Made by a program: the position numbers and the translations under genes
Part shown: positions 1-13,268 of the stretch, piece by piece
Numbering within the stretch: position 1 is the stretch's first letter
Layout of the letters: each line of letters starts with the position of its first letter
Assembly (NCBI GenBank): GCA_963514005.1
Contig: OY740782.1
Coordinates: forward strand, 150,288,001-150,352,000
Direction: 5' to 3'
DNA: 64,000 nucleotides
Source of the DNA: Raja brachyura
Taxonomy: Eukaryota
The notes under the pieces: generated by a model
Told to the model about the DNA's origin: nothing
Seen by the model: only the letters and a program-made list of their open reading frames with translations
Database searches by the model: none

Positions 1-270
1 ACACTAACTACCCCCCCGCACACACACTAACTACCCCCCCGCACACACACTAACTACCCCCCCGCACACACACTAACTACCCCCCCGCACACACACTAAC
101 TACCCCCCCGCACACACACTAACTACCCCCCCGCACACACACTAACTACCCCCCCGCACACACACTAACTACCCCCCCGCACACACACTAACTACCCCCC
201 CGCACACACACTAACTACCCCCCCGCACACACACTAACTACCCCCCCACACACACACTAACTACCCCCCT
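1..270. repeat. 23-bp minisatellite (ACACACACTAACTACCCCCCCGC)n, about 11 copies, inside a Helitron-like element
   Basis: Period of 23 is directly visible; the complementary motif GGGGGGTAGTTAGTGTGTG recurs at about 50085-50125 in another copy of the host element. Confidence 0.95.
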
Positions 271-333
271 TGATATTATATGAATATTATTCATTTGCTC
301 CTTTTACCCCATAATCGCCCCATCCACTGACGC

Positions 334-1740
334 CAGGCACGTGCCGTCAGGGTAGGCAAGGTAGGCACTGCCTACCCTGACTAAAATTATAACATAGTAA
401 TTACTAAATATAAATAATAATGCATGGGAGAATTATGCCTGTCTAAGAGATCGATCTCTTTGGTAGGCATAATTCTCCGTGCCTTTCATCCGCAGCACTT
501 GTAACCCTTGAAGGTCTGTGCAGCCCACGTGCCGTCAGTGCTGCCTGAAGCCGTCAATGACAAGCGGGGCTGAAGGCAGCAGAAACTCTGCCTTTGCAGC
601 ACTACGCATGCGCAGCGCTGGTTTCTTGGCACGGTTTTCAAATATGGATTGTCATTATTTTAAGTGTATGTTAGGAAACAAAGAGAGAAGAATGCAGTTT
701 GTGTACCAATAATGTGGTAAGTACATTTTGTGTTTATGTTTTTAAAACCGTATTTCCCGGGGTGTGGGGGTGGGGGGAGAGCTCCTTTCACAGCATTTGG
801 GGAGTCTGACCTGGGGTAAAGTTGCATGGAGGGCACGAATGTTGTGAAGGACGGGTCGGGAGCATGCCACTTGCGACGCTCCTTGCTGTGCTGGAGAGGG
901 GAAAAGCCGCCACCTTAGCTCCTTCTGCCGGCGCCCGCTCATCTCTGGCAGCTCTCCATCTAAAAACCTCTCCTGCTGCTCGCTGGCCTCACTCATGTCA
1001 GGTTGAGGTTACTCGGCTGTGGGAATTTAAGGATTTGCAGGAAGACGCTGACATGAGCGAAGTCGGCGAGTGGCAGGTGAGAGGTGTTCAGACGGAGAGC
1101 ACTGCCAGAGGTGAGCGGGCCGGCAGAAGGCGCTGAAGTGGCGGTCAGTTTTGCTGTCGAGTCCCGGCGGCCGCTCGCAGGAGAGGGGGGTGGAGAGGAG
1201 GAGGAGAGGATGGGTGGATGAGGGGGGGAGGGTGGGGATGAGGGGAGAGGGAGATGGGGAGAGATTGTGGAGGCGGAGATAGGGAGAGATTGGGGAGAGC
1301 CACCCGAGCTGCTTCTATCCCCGGCTACAGTGCGGTGGTGCCCGGAGCGCGTAAGTTACTGGCATTATCCCCGACCCAACACTCCTGCCCTCCCCACAAC
1401 TTTACCCCTGGCACAGACTCTCCACACGCTGTGAATGGAACTCTCCCCCCAATTGGTCCCTTGAACAAGTGTTGTCATTCAATTAGATGACAACTGGTTC
1501 AACTTTTCCCTGTGCTCCCGTTTTTCCCACCATCTCTCCACCTGCCATCACCCTTCACCCCCCACCCATTCAGTAATTCAGAATGAAGGAGACTTGGAAG
1601 CCTTGGGTAAATTGAATTGTTACTGTCTTTATTTTTATTTTTTATTTTCACTGAGAGAACAATCTGCGCATGTGCGGTTTAATTTTTTTTAAAAGCCGAC
1701 TGACTGCCGACCCTGTGCAATTACTCACGGCACGTGCCTG
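334..1740. mobile_element. Non-autonomous hAT-type DNA transposon nested in the Helitron-like element
   Basis: Perfect 14-bp TIRs CAGGCACGTGCCGT; 8-bp TSD ACTGACGC (326-333) / ACTGACAC (1741-1748); the empty site is visible in the host copy at about 50010-50060. Confidence 0.85.
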
Positions 1741-2559
1741 ACTGACACATAGCCCCCAACTCACAGGTGCGTCTGTGGGGGGGGGGTTAGAGAGTGAGGG
1801 CAGAGAGAGAGTGGGGAGAGACACAGAGAGAGGGGCAGAGACAGAAGGGAGAGACAGAGGGAGAGGGTGGTGGAGGGGAGGAGGAGATAATGGGTGGATG
1901 AGGGGGGGAGGGTGGGGATGGGAGAGGGAGATGGGGAGAGATTTGGGATGGGGATGGGGAGGGAGAGAGTGGGGAGGGGGAGATGGGGAGAGATTGGGGA
2001 GCGGGAGGAGAGGGGAGGGGGAAGGGAGCGAGAGGGGGATGAGGATGGGGGGAGGAGAGCGGGGAGGGTAAAGGAGGAGATGGGGTAGGGGGGAGGGGGT
2101 GGTAGAGGGGGAAGGTGGGTGAGGGGGGTAGAGAGGGGTGGGGGAGTGAAGAGGGAGATGGAGAGGGGGAGGAGAGAAGGGTGGGGGGGGGCCTGGGGGT
2201 GGTGCAAAGGCATATGTAAATGAGATCCATTCCGATTGGACATCTGAGCATTGGGCATTGTGACATCACACAATGGAACGTTCACCAACATTCTATGGGT
2301 GAGAGCAGTTTGATGTTTTAAAATTTTTGAAATATTGGTGGGGGGGGGCTAGCAAAATGGAAAAAATCGCAGCATTTGAGCTTCTGGTTTTGGCAGACCA
2401 CGGAATCAAACGGCAAAAATGTTATTTGAAAAAAAAAATGGGATGTGACATACACCCACAAAGTCGACACACACACAGAGTTTTAATATATAGGTAGATA
2501 GATTGAATAAGCATTCCCATGCTACTCTATCAAACGCCTTCTTGACATCAAGTGAGATG

Positions 2560-3935
2560 ACAAATTCTGGGGTTTTATTAGTTGTTATGGTGAATGTCTA
2601 CGCACCAAATATTGATCACCCTGAGTTTTTTAAACAGTTAATTGCATCCTTTCCTAATTTAAATGAACACTTTTTAATAATGGGTGGAGATTTCAACTGC
2701 TGTCTGAACCTCTCGATTGACAGGTCTACATCTGATCATGTGCTTCCAAATAAATCAGCTAATTTCATTAATTCTTTTTTACTTGACTCTGGAGTGTTAG
2801 AAGTTTGGAGATTCTTACACCCAAATGACAAAGTATTTTTATTTTTCTCTCATGTATATCACAGTTATTCTAGGATTGATTATTTTATGCTAGATTCTCG
2901 GCTAGTTCCATCGGTCACTGCATGTGAGTATGACGCAATCGCTATTTCTGATAACGCACCTTTGAAACTATCAATCAATCTACCTGATTCCACGTTTAGT
3001 GCTAAACAATGGCGATTTAATGCTACTTTGCTTCAAGACTTAAACTTTATTAATTTTAGGAAAGATCAGATTGCTTTTTACTTTTTAACAAACTCTACTG
3101 AAGAAATATCCAATGGTGTAGTCTGGGATGCTTTTAAGGCATTTATTCGTGGACAAATTATTTCATACTCCGCGGGATTAAAAAAACAAAATTAAAAATA
3201 AATATGTACATTGGCTGACGAGATTAAAGAAATTGATAAAAACATATTCAAAAGCTCCTAGTTTAGAGCTCTACAAGAATAGAGTTGAACTTCAATTGAG
3301 ACATGATTTGTTATTAGTATCACCGATTGAGAACCAGCTACTTGAAACCAAAAGTCAATTTTATATACATGGCGACAAATCTGGTAAAGTACTCGCTAAT
3401 CAATTGAAAGCGGTGTCGGCCAAGCGTCAGATTACTAAAGTGAGAAAACGGGATGGTACAGTAACTGTAGACCATGACGAAATTAATAAATCCTTTCAGG
3501 AATTTTATACCTCCCTATACCAATCAGATTTTCCCACTGATTCCAATATAATGCATGAGTTTTTAAAGAACTGAACGTACCAAATTTACCCTATAATGAG
3601 TCTCTGTTGTTAGATAAACCCATCACAGAAGAAGAAATACAGAAAGCAATCTTTTCAATGAATTCTGGTAAAGCTCCCGGTTTAGATGGGTTCACAGTAG
3701 AATTTTTAAATTTATTGTCTCCATGGCTACGTAAGGTATTTAAAGAAGCCCTTTTAAGGAATAGATTACCACAATCATTTTATGAAGCTTCTATTTCTTT
3801 CATTCTTAAGAAAGATAAAGACCCTACTGAAGTGACATCATATAGACCTATATCAATGTTAAATGTAGATTTCAAAATTCTTTCCAAAACATTAGCTATG
3901 AGATTGGAAAAGATTTTACCGCAAATTATCTCTGA
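2560..3935 (+). mobile_element. L1-clade LINE ORF2 fragment (APE endonuclease to start of RT), degenerate
   Basis: VNVYAPN, MGGDFN, YSRIDYF, SDNAPL, GKAPGLDGF and SYRPISMLNVDFKILSK motifs spread over broken ORFs. Confidence 0.9.
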
Positions 3936-4634
3936 CATTCCAGAGAAAACAATCCACGGATATCCAATCTCTCCCTGTGGCTGATCCAGGCAGCATTCTG
4001 GTTAACCTGTTTTGTACCCTCTCCAAAACCTCCATTTCTTCCCTTTAATGGGGCAATCGGATCTGTACTCAATACCCCAATTGTGGCCTCATCAAACTCA
4101 TATAGAACTGCATCATGACTTCCTGACCCTTATGCTCAATACCCCTAGCAATGAACGCAAGCATACCATACGTCCACTTTACCATCTACATGTGCTGCCA
4201 ACTGCAGCGAGCTATGAACTTGGACTCCAAGATGCCTCAGCACATCCATGTTCTTCAGAATCGAACAATTTACTGTATAAAACAGCCTCATTGATGATCA
4301 TTGAATGGTGGCGGCTTCACGTAAATTAAAATGGATTTAAGATGGTAAATGAAGATCAAATGTGAGGGAAATGCCTTTTCCAATTTAAATGGAAACTGAT
4401 TATAATATGTTCACCGTGGAGGAAAGATTTGTTGTTTCCAAGACCATGTGTAGTAACAAAAGGGATTGAAGTATCTTTTATATGCAGCACCAAGCCAAAT
4501 ATTATTAAGTAATTATTAAGAGACGTTGAGGGTATGAGACGGGAATTGACAATAGACAATAGACAATAGGTGCAGGAGTAGGCCATTTGGCCCTTCGAGC
4601 CAGCACCGTCATTCAATGTGATCATGGCTGATCA

Positions 4635-6620
4635 ATTGGCTAGAATAGACTGGCAAATTATACTTAAAGTGTTGACGGTGGAGATGTAATCGCAAATATT
4701 TAAAGACCGCATGGATGAACTCCAAAATGTGTTCATCCCTGTCTAGAGAAGGAAATAATATGGGGAAGGCTGCTCAACGTGACTAACGAGGGAAATCAAG
4801 GATAGTGTTAAATCCAAGGAAGAGGTTATATAAATTGGCCAGAGGACTGGGAGAAATTTAAAACTCAACAGGGGAGGAAAATCAAAACTGACTGCAATAG
4901 CTTCTTTAGATATGTAAAAAGGAAAAGATCAGTGAAGAAAATGTAGGTCACTTACAAACAGAGACAGGTGAATTTCTAATGGAAAGCAAGGAAATGGCAC
5001 AACAGTTAAACGAATACGTTGGTTCAGTATTCACTAAGGAGGACACAAACAATCTCCCAGATATACTTGGGGACCAAGGATTTAGTGGGAGGGAGGAACT
5101 GAAGGGAACGCACGATAGCCAGGAAATGGTGTTATGTAAACTGTTGGGACTGAAGGCAGATAAATCCCCAGGTCCTGATGGTCTGCATCCCAGAGTACTC
5201 AAGGAGGTGGCCCTAGAAATCGTGAATGCATTGGTTATCATTTTTCAATGTTCTCTCGACTGGATCCGTTCCTGTATACTGGAGGGTAACCGTTGTAACT
5301 CCACTTATTAAGAAAGGAGGGAGAGAGAAAACGGGGAATTAGAGACCAGTTATCCTTACATCGGTGCTGGGGAAGATGCTGGAGCCAATTGTTAAAGATG
5401 TTACAGCGGCGCATTTGGAAAGCAATGACAGCATTGGTCAAAGTCAGCATGGCTTTATGAAGGAAAATCATGCTTGACTAATCTTCTGGGATTTTTGAGG
5501 ATGTAACAAGTAGAATGGATAAGGGAGAGCCAGTGGATGTGGTGTATCCGGACTTTGAAAAAACCTTTGACAAGGTCCCACACAAAGGATTAGTGTGCAT
5601 AATTAGATCACATGGTATTGGGGAAGGGTATTGACATGGATAGAGAACTGGTTAGCAGACAGGAAGCAAAGAATAGGCATTAACTTGTCCTTTTCCGAAT
5701 GCCAGGCAGTGACAAATGATGTGCGTCAAGGCTCGGTGCTGGGACCCCAGTTATTTACAATATTTATTAACGATTTAGACGAGGGAATTAAATGTGTCAT
5801 TTCCAAATAAGTTTACGGATGACACAAAGCTGGGTGACAGTGGGAGCTGTGATGAAGATGCTATGAGTCTGCAAGGTGACTTAAAATAAAACAGATGCAT
5901 GCAGTATAATGTGGATACATGTGAGGTTACACACTTTGGTAGCAAGAACAGGAAGGCAGTTTATTATCTGAATGGTGTCAGATTTGGAAAAGGGGAGGTG
6001 CAATGAGACCTGGGTGTGTTTGTACATCAGTCACTGACAGTAAGCATGCAGGTACGGTAGGCAGTGAAGAAATCTAATGGCACATTGGCCTCCATTGTGA
6101 GAGGATTTGAGTTTCGGAGCAAGGTGGTCCTACTGGCAGTTGTACAGGGCTCAGGTGAGACCGCACCTGGAATATTGTGTGCAATTTTGGTCTCCAAATT
6201 TCAGGAAGGACATTATTGCTTTTGAGGGAGTGCAGCGTAGGTTCACCAGGTCAATTCCCGGGATGGCGGGACTGAGAGGCTAGATGCAGGAAAAATGTTC
6301 CTGCCGTTGGGGACGTCCAGAACCAGGGGTCACAGTTTAAGAATAAGGGATAGGCCATGTAGGACTGAGATGAGGATAAAAAAATTCATCCAGAGAATTG
6401 TGAATCTGTGGAACTCTCTGCCACTGAACATAGCGGAGGCCAATTCACTGGATCTTTTCAAGAGAGAGTTAAATTTAGCTCTTAGGACTAATGGAATCAA
6501 GGAATATGGGGAAAAAGCATTACGGGGTACTGAATTTAGATCATCAGCCATGATTATGTTGAATGGTGGTTCCTGTTCGAAGGGCTGAATGGCCCACTCC
6601 TGCACATATTTTTCTATAGC
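4635..6620 (+). mobile_element. CR1-clade LINE, 5'-truncated, degenerate
   Basis: KSPGPDGLHPRVLKE and RTRGHSL...VNLWNSLP motifs, plus the CR1 3' tail shared by many copies in the window. Confidence 0.9.
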
Positions 6621-6727
6621 GTCAAGTATCAAGAATGTATAATTTTCATAAATGCTGAGAGCGGTACAATTAGATTTTTACTTGGGCCTGGACGTACATG
6701 GCAGTGGATCGTGCTTGATGTATGTGA

Positions 6728-7657
6728 CATGGCCGTCCGAAGGGGGGTTGCGTTGGGTGCGGACGCACCTCCCCCTTTTTTCCAGAATAAAAACAAATTG
6801 AGCCGCGGGATGATTTGAAAACAAATATTCGCGACCTGCGCAGTTGGGGGGAAGCTGGTGACGCTCCGTCTCTCCGCGCGTGCGCAGTGGGCGGCATTAG
6901 ACGCCGCCATTTTAAATGCCTCGCCTCGACTCGACGCCCCGGGCCTAGTTTGGGTGAGTAAAATATTGGGCCGTGAAATATTGTGTTACGTTGTGTTACG
7001 GGAGAGGGAAGCCGTTTGTTTTTTTATCGGGTGTTTTAAACTCCCCGCGAATGGTCCAATCCGACCCGCGGGATGATTTGGGACAAAAAGGAGTGGCCGC
7101 TTCTCCGTTGCGGTGTCTCCCAGCGCGGGGCATCGATCGCCTCCATCCATCCATCCATCCATCCATCCGCGGCGTCGGAGCCTGAGCCTCGCCCCCCGCC
7201 GGCCATGGAGAGGGGCCGCTGCCGGCGGGCGGGCGGGCGGGCGGTCCGTTCTCCCGTCACCGGGTGGGAAGCGGGAAGGACTGACTGACTGAACACTGCT
7301 GGCAGCGGCAGTGACCCGTCACCAGGCGCCTCTTCGGCCGCTCCCTCGCCCCCCTCCCCCTCCCCGCCGCGGGCCCTCGCTTTGGGCTTTGGGCGGCGGA
7401 GGCTGGAGTGCGGGGTGACCGAGGGTCGGAGCGAATGTCGGGCCTCGCCCAACAGCAGCAGCAGCGGCGGCCCCGCGCGCCCCCATAGCGGTCGCTATGT
7501 GCCACTCCGGAGGGGAGGCGGTGGCGAAGAGTTCCCAACTAAGTGCCGCCGCAAAGGGGGAGGGAGGGAGGCAGGGACGGCCAAGGCAGCGGGGAAATGA
7601 TGCCGGTGTTGTCCAAGGAGCGCTGACCTTCCTTCCTCCCCACCTCCTCTGCCCCTT

Positions 7658-7700
<43 letters not shown>

Positions 7701-9621
7701 CGCCCTCCACCCCCGTTATCCTGGGACCCCGACTCTCACGTCACTTATTCCTTTTCTCCCGAGATGCTGCCTGACCCGCTGATCCCAATTCCCGCCTCTA
7801 TTCAGTCCTCACTGACATCCCCTGTGCCCCCCCCCCCATCTATACACCCTGCACTGATCTCCCTATCCACCTCACATTGATTCTCCTGCCATCCCCCATC
7901 CATCCTACAATGGACCCCCAATTCATCCTGCACTGACCCCCTTTCCCATCCATCCTGCACTGCTTCCCCCATTCGTCCTGTAGTGACCCCCCCCCCCATC
8001 CATCCTGCACTGATCACCCAATCCATCTTGTAAATAACTACCCATTCATCCTGCACTGATCACCCCATTCATCTTGTAAATAACTACCCATTCATCCTGC
8101 ACTGATCTCCCCATTAATCCTGTACTGATACCCCCTTTGATCCTGCATTGACCTCCCCCCCATCCTGTACTGTCCCTCCCCATCCATCCTGCACTGATCC
8201 CCCCCATCCTGAACTGTCCCCATTCATCCTGTACTGTCCCCCCCATCCATCCTGTTCTGATCCCCCCCATTCATCCTGTACTGACCCCCCATTCATCCTG
8301 CACTGATCCTCCCAATCCATCCTGTACTGATTCTTCCCCCCCAATCCATCCCGTACTGATCGCCACTGAAATCCCCCTCGCTCCCCCCCCCCCTCACAAA
8401 ATGACCTAATCCAACCGACACGCACTAATTCCCCTTCCTCAATCCATCCATTCTGCACCGTCTGTGGAATTATCTGCCTCAGAGGGTGACGGAGGCAGGT
8501 TCTCTGGATGCTTTCAAGAGAGAGCTAGATAGGGTTCTTAAAAATAGTGGAGTCAGGGGATAGTGGGAGAAGGCAGGGACGGGGTACTGATTGGGGATGA
8601 TCAGCCATGATCACATTGAATGGCGGTGCTGGCTCGAAGGGCCAAATGGCCTACTCCTGCACCTATTGTCCATTGATTTCCCTCTCAACCCCCCGCTATC
8701 TATCCATCCTGCTCTGATTCACCCACCCACCGACCCTACTGCACTGGAAATGTCTTCAGAGCGAACATTGACTATGTTTGAAAGCAGAATACATTCAAGT
8801 GTGTTTTAATTCCCAATGTTATTATTTGATTTAATCTATTAAGATGGATTATTAAATTGTGAACACGTGAAACATTAAAACCGCAGTGTTTGATTGTCAC
8901 AGCTACAGTTGACACGTTATTACGGAATTCATTTTAACAGCAAATCAGTGCTCTTAATATGGAGTATCAGTGCTGTAGTTATTTATTGAGCAACATTCAC
9001 AACTATACGTTGGATTTATCCGGGTTTAACTTCTACAGTTGGTCATATACATCATGAATTTGGTCAGTAGATATTTCAATTGTTAATTCCAAAATCCAGG
9101 GGCGACATGGGGGTCAAATATGTATATTATTATATATTTTTATGTTATGGAATCAAAATCAAGAATTATAAATTCACATTTCAAAAATGGTTTCACAATT
9201 CAGTAGTACTGATTTTCAGTATTCCATAATGATATTTGAGAATACATGAGGTTGCATGCAAACCACTGATTTTCAAAAATCTAGTTTCTCTGTAGTACGT
9301 TCCATTGCATTTAAGTGAGAAATACCGATTTCCCCAACAAAATACTGATTTTCAGCTATCAAAATATGGAATTTCTCGGTGAAACCTAGCAGCTCTCAAA
9401 TGATTAATCTTGACTCCACCAAAATTATTTCTGAAATATTGGTCATGAATTTGGTGCAAAAATACTCCAAAATAAGGCTCAGAGTGCAACAGATATCATC
9501 TAAAACCCCGGCCGTGAGGGCCTTCACGCTCGTGATGTGCGCTGTGCGCACATTACTTCACATACATTTTTTGTAACCCTGTCATGGCACCCCCCTTTTT
9601 GAAAAGCTTCGTACGGGCCTG
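6728..9621. mobile_element. Putative non-autonomous hAT-family element with GC-rich interior
   Basis: Imperfect termini CATGGCCGTCCGAAG / CTTCGTACGGGCCTG. 9120-9621 closely matches 45010-45500, which follows a hAT transposase remnant. No clear TSD. Confidence 0.55.
7830..8460. repeat. Degenerate ~20-22-bp minisatellite (CATCCTGCACTGATCCCCCCAT)n
   Basis: Many CATCCTG(C/T)ACTG units in tandem. Confidence 0.85.
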
Positions 9622-11014
9622 AATGTGTGCGAGTGTGTGTATTTGTGCGTGCGTACGTGTGTGTGGCTGAGTGTGTGTGTTTGTGAATGCGAGTGTGTGT
9701 GTGCTGCTATGTGTGCGTGAGTATGTATGCGTGCGTACATGTGAGTGTGTGTGCGCGCGTTTGTGGGTGTGTATGCGTGTGTGTATGTGTGTATGTGAGT
9801 GTGTGTGCGTAAGTGTATGTGTGTTAATAATGAAAAACCTACAATGGAGGTATGGAAAGAACTCGATTCCTCCATTGACCTCAAGTGAGACATTTCTTCA
9901 AGTGGGCAACAAAATAATATTCAAAGTGAATCTGTAATATAAAACCACATCATTTTATTTGAACAAAATATGATAAAATAGACTCCCTCGGAAAATTCCA
10001 TTGATTCGCGCCAACTGCCAATATCGTTAAAACATATAATCGCCGTTGATAATTATATCTTCATTGCCTTGTTTGTGTTGCTCTAAAAATGGCTGGAAGC
10101 AGAGATGAGCTGATTTAAATAAAGGCTGATTTCAACAGCCCCAGACCCAGGTTCGTTCACTGAAGCACAGAAACAGAATCAATGTTTCCCCAGAGGCGGA
10201 AAACAGATAAAGAGAGAAAGAAATGCAAATCTCCAAACAGATTACATCAGATACATTTTTTTAAAATTGTCAACGTTCTCTCCTGTAAAAATAAGGTTGA
10301 AGTGCATATAGATGATGTTAGTCAATAATATTTTCTACAAAGCGAGGTTAACTGAGAACATGTATCATATCCCTTTATTTACCAACAATGGCTGGGATCA
10401 CTAACATTCTCTGCATACATATGAATGCCACACGTGACAAATTCACAGATGCATAGAAAATACAATGATAAATTAAAATTCAAGTCATAGAAGAATACTA
10501 TGTTGGAATGCGGGAAACTTTAATTGCCCGCATGCACCTTAAATGTTCGACACTCCTCGTGTTTTCCTCACAAATCGGTTAACTACTGTTTTTATCTATC
10601 TCCTCAGATAACTCTAGTGGATTCTTCTTCAGATATCTCTATTAGATTTTTCGACACCATTCGCCCAACCAGTGCAGTCTGAATCATTGAAACACTACAA
10701 CAAATATGCTCATTGATTGATTGGTTAGAATGTGCCTTAATTCAACTTTGCTCTTTGGAAGCAGCATCTGAAAATCAACACTGCATGAATCATCCCTAAT
10801 GCCGATAATTTCTCCAATCACTGCACCGATCTACAATTCCCCTCCTGCACTATGCCATCCATTAATTTCCTTCCGATCTCTTAATGACATTTTAATAGAA
10901 TTTTGTGTTTGCTTTGTATCTATTTCCTCTACTGCCTTTTATGTAACAAATCTCGGTATTGACATTTTATCTGTAGGGCTGTGTGGTGACCACACATTTC
11001 ACTGTACCAACTGG

Positions 11015-12490
11015 GACATAGAAACATAGAAAACACGTGCAGGAGGAGGCCATTTGGCCCTTCTAGCCAGCACCGCCATTCACTGTGATCATCGCTGATC
11101 ATCCCCTATCAATAACCCGTGCCTGCCTTCGCCCCACATTCCTTGACTCCCCTGGAGCTCTATCGAACTCTCTCTTAAATCCATCCAGTGACTTGGCCTC
11201 CACTGCCCTCTGTGGCAGGGAATTCCATAAATTCACAACTCTCTGGGTGAAAAGGTTTTTTCTCACCTCAGTATTAAATGACCTCCCCTTTATTTGAAGA
11301 CTGCGGCCCCTGGTTCTGGACTCGCCCAACATTGGGAACACTTTTCCTGCATCTAGCTTGTCTAGTCCTTTTATAATTTTATATGTTTCTATAAGATCTC
11401 CCTCATCCTTCTAAACTCCAGTAAATACAAGCCTAATCTTTTCAATCTTTCCTCATATGACAGTCCCGCCATCCCAGGGATCAATCTCGTGAACCTACGC
11501 TGCACTGCCTCAATCACAAGGATGTCCTTCCTCAAATTAGGAAACCAAAACTGTACAGAATACTCCAGATATGGTCTCACCAGAGCCCTATACAACTGCA
11601 GAAGAACCGCTTTACTCCTATACTAAAATCCTCTTGTTATGAAGGCCAACATTCCATTAGCTTTCTTTACTGCCTGCTGTACCTGTAAGCCAACTTTCAG
11701 TGACCGGTGTACCTCCCCCTCACCTAACCTAATCCCATTGAAATAAAAATCTGCCCCCTTGTTTTTGCTGCCAAAATGGATAACCTCAAATTTATCTATA
11801 TTATATTGCATCTGCCACGCATCTGCCCACTCACTCAACCTGTCCAGGTTACCCTGCAACCTCCTAACATCCTCTTCGCAGTTCTCACTGCCATCCAGCC
11901 TTCTGTCATCCGCAAACATGCTAGTGTTGCTCCTAATTCCCCGTTCCATATCATTAATATATATGGTAAACAGTTGCAGCCCCAACACCGAGCCTTGAAG
12001 CACTCCTCTCGCCACTGCCTGCCATTCTGCAAAGGACCCGTTCACTCCTACTCTTTGCTTCTGGTCTGGCAACCAATTTTCTATCCATGTCAACACCCTA
12101 CCCCCAATACCATGTGCTCTAATTTTAGTCACCAGTATCCCGTGTGGGACCTTATCAAAGGCTTTCTGAAAGTCTAGATACACTACATCCACTGGCACCC
12201 CTTCATCCATTTTATTTGTTACATCCTCAAAAAATTCCAGAAGATTAGTCAAACATGATTTCCCTTTCATGAATCCATCTTGACTTGGACTAATCCTTTT
12301 AATGCTATCCAAATGCCCCATTATTACCTCTTTAATAATTGACTCCAGCATCTTTCCCACCACCGAAGTCAGGCTAACTGGTCTGTAATTCCCCGTTTTC
12401 TCTCTCGCTCCTTTCTTGAAAAGTGGGATAACGTTAGCTATCCTCTAATCCACAGGAACTCCCCCTGAATCTATTGAACATTGGGAAATG
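11015..12490 (-). mobile_element. CR1 LINE RT fragment
   Basis: ORFs 11623-12363, 11389-11595 and 11099-11341 (YLDFQKAFDKVPH, QGSVLG, FADD). Confidence 0.92.
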
Positions 12491-12526
12491 GTCGACATGT
12501 GACAAATAAATGTATCTTGATATTGG

Positions 12527-12709
12527 AATGTTTAGGAAAGAACTGCAGATGCTGCTTTAAATCGAAGCTAGACACAAAATCCTGCAGTAACTCAGCGGGA
12601 CAGGCAGCATCTCTGGAGGTCTGAAGAAGAGTCTCGACCCAAAACGTCACACATTCCTTGTCTCCAGAGCTGCTGCCTATCCCGCTGAGTTTCTCCAGGA
12701 TTTTGTGTC
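12527..12709. mobile_element. Penelope-like pLTR-derived palindrome with a degenerate minimal hammerhead core
   Basis: ~48-bp inverted arms (about 12570-12618 and 12662-12709) flank CTGAAGA-AGAGTCTCGACCC-AAAACGTC. Same family as the GIY-YIG-bearing insertion at 57790-58416. Confidence 0.65.
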
Positions 12710-12999
12710 NNNNNNNNNNNNNNNNNNNNNNNNNNNNNNNNNNNNNNNNNNNNNNNNNNNNNNNNNNNNNNNNNNNNNNNNNNNNNNNNNNNNNNNNNNN
12801 NNNNNNNNNNNNNNNNNNNNNNNNNNNNNNNNNNNNNNNNNNCTCACCTCTCCTCTCTCTCCCTCTCACACACGCAAGCACACGCACACCCAGATGCATT
12901 TTAATATAAATTTGAGGAATTCCGGACATATTTTAAGAAAAACCTGCACTATCTTTCCACCATCTTATTTACAACTATACCATGAGTTTATATTGTGTA

Positions 13000-13268
13000 A
13001 GGGGCGGAAAAGCACGCTGTTTTATTAACCTCTTGTGCATCTGTATCAGTTAATAGATGTGAAAGCGTGAGTCCATCTTGCTGTTGAGTTGGGAGCCGTG
13101 TCTCAGCTCCGCCCGCTGCACCTCTCGGTTTACAAGTCCCGCCCAAAGCCACACCCTCTTTTGCCGGGTATTTAATCCTCTCTAAGATGGTCCGAAGTCC
13201 AACTTCCTTGCAGTTGGTTTGTTGCGAGGTTCTGTACAGAAACAAACCGGGTCACACTTCCCAGCGGG
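13000..13268 (+). promoter_or_regulatory. IgM VH promoter region without an octamer
   Basis: GC boxes (13001, 13108, 13138), CCACACCC 13149-13156, TATA-like TATTTAA 13169-13175 and ETS-like ACTTCC at about 13202 and 13257, all directly upstream of the leader ATG. No ATGCAAAT in the proximal region. Confidence 0.55.

Larger units (their letters stand above)
1..2502 (-). mobile_element. Non-autonomous Helitron-like element (5' end at 2502; 3' end lies outside the window)
   Basis: Minus strand starts A|TCTATCTACCTATATATTAAAAC, a Helitron-type TC start. The homologous copy at 49790-50192 carries a GC-rich hairpin (AGGCCCAATGGGTCT) near its far end. No Rep/helicase ORF. Confidence 0.55.

Noticed and set aside
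1761-2291. Pro/Ser/Leu-rich and Gly/Glu/Arg-rich ORFs (also 49554-50095 and 50753-51815)
   Set aside because: Artefacts of GA/CT low-complexity tracts within repeats.
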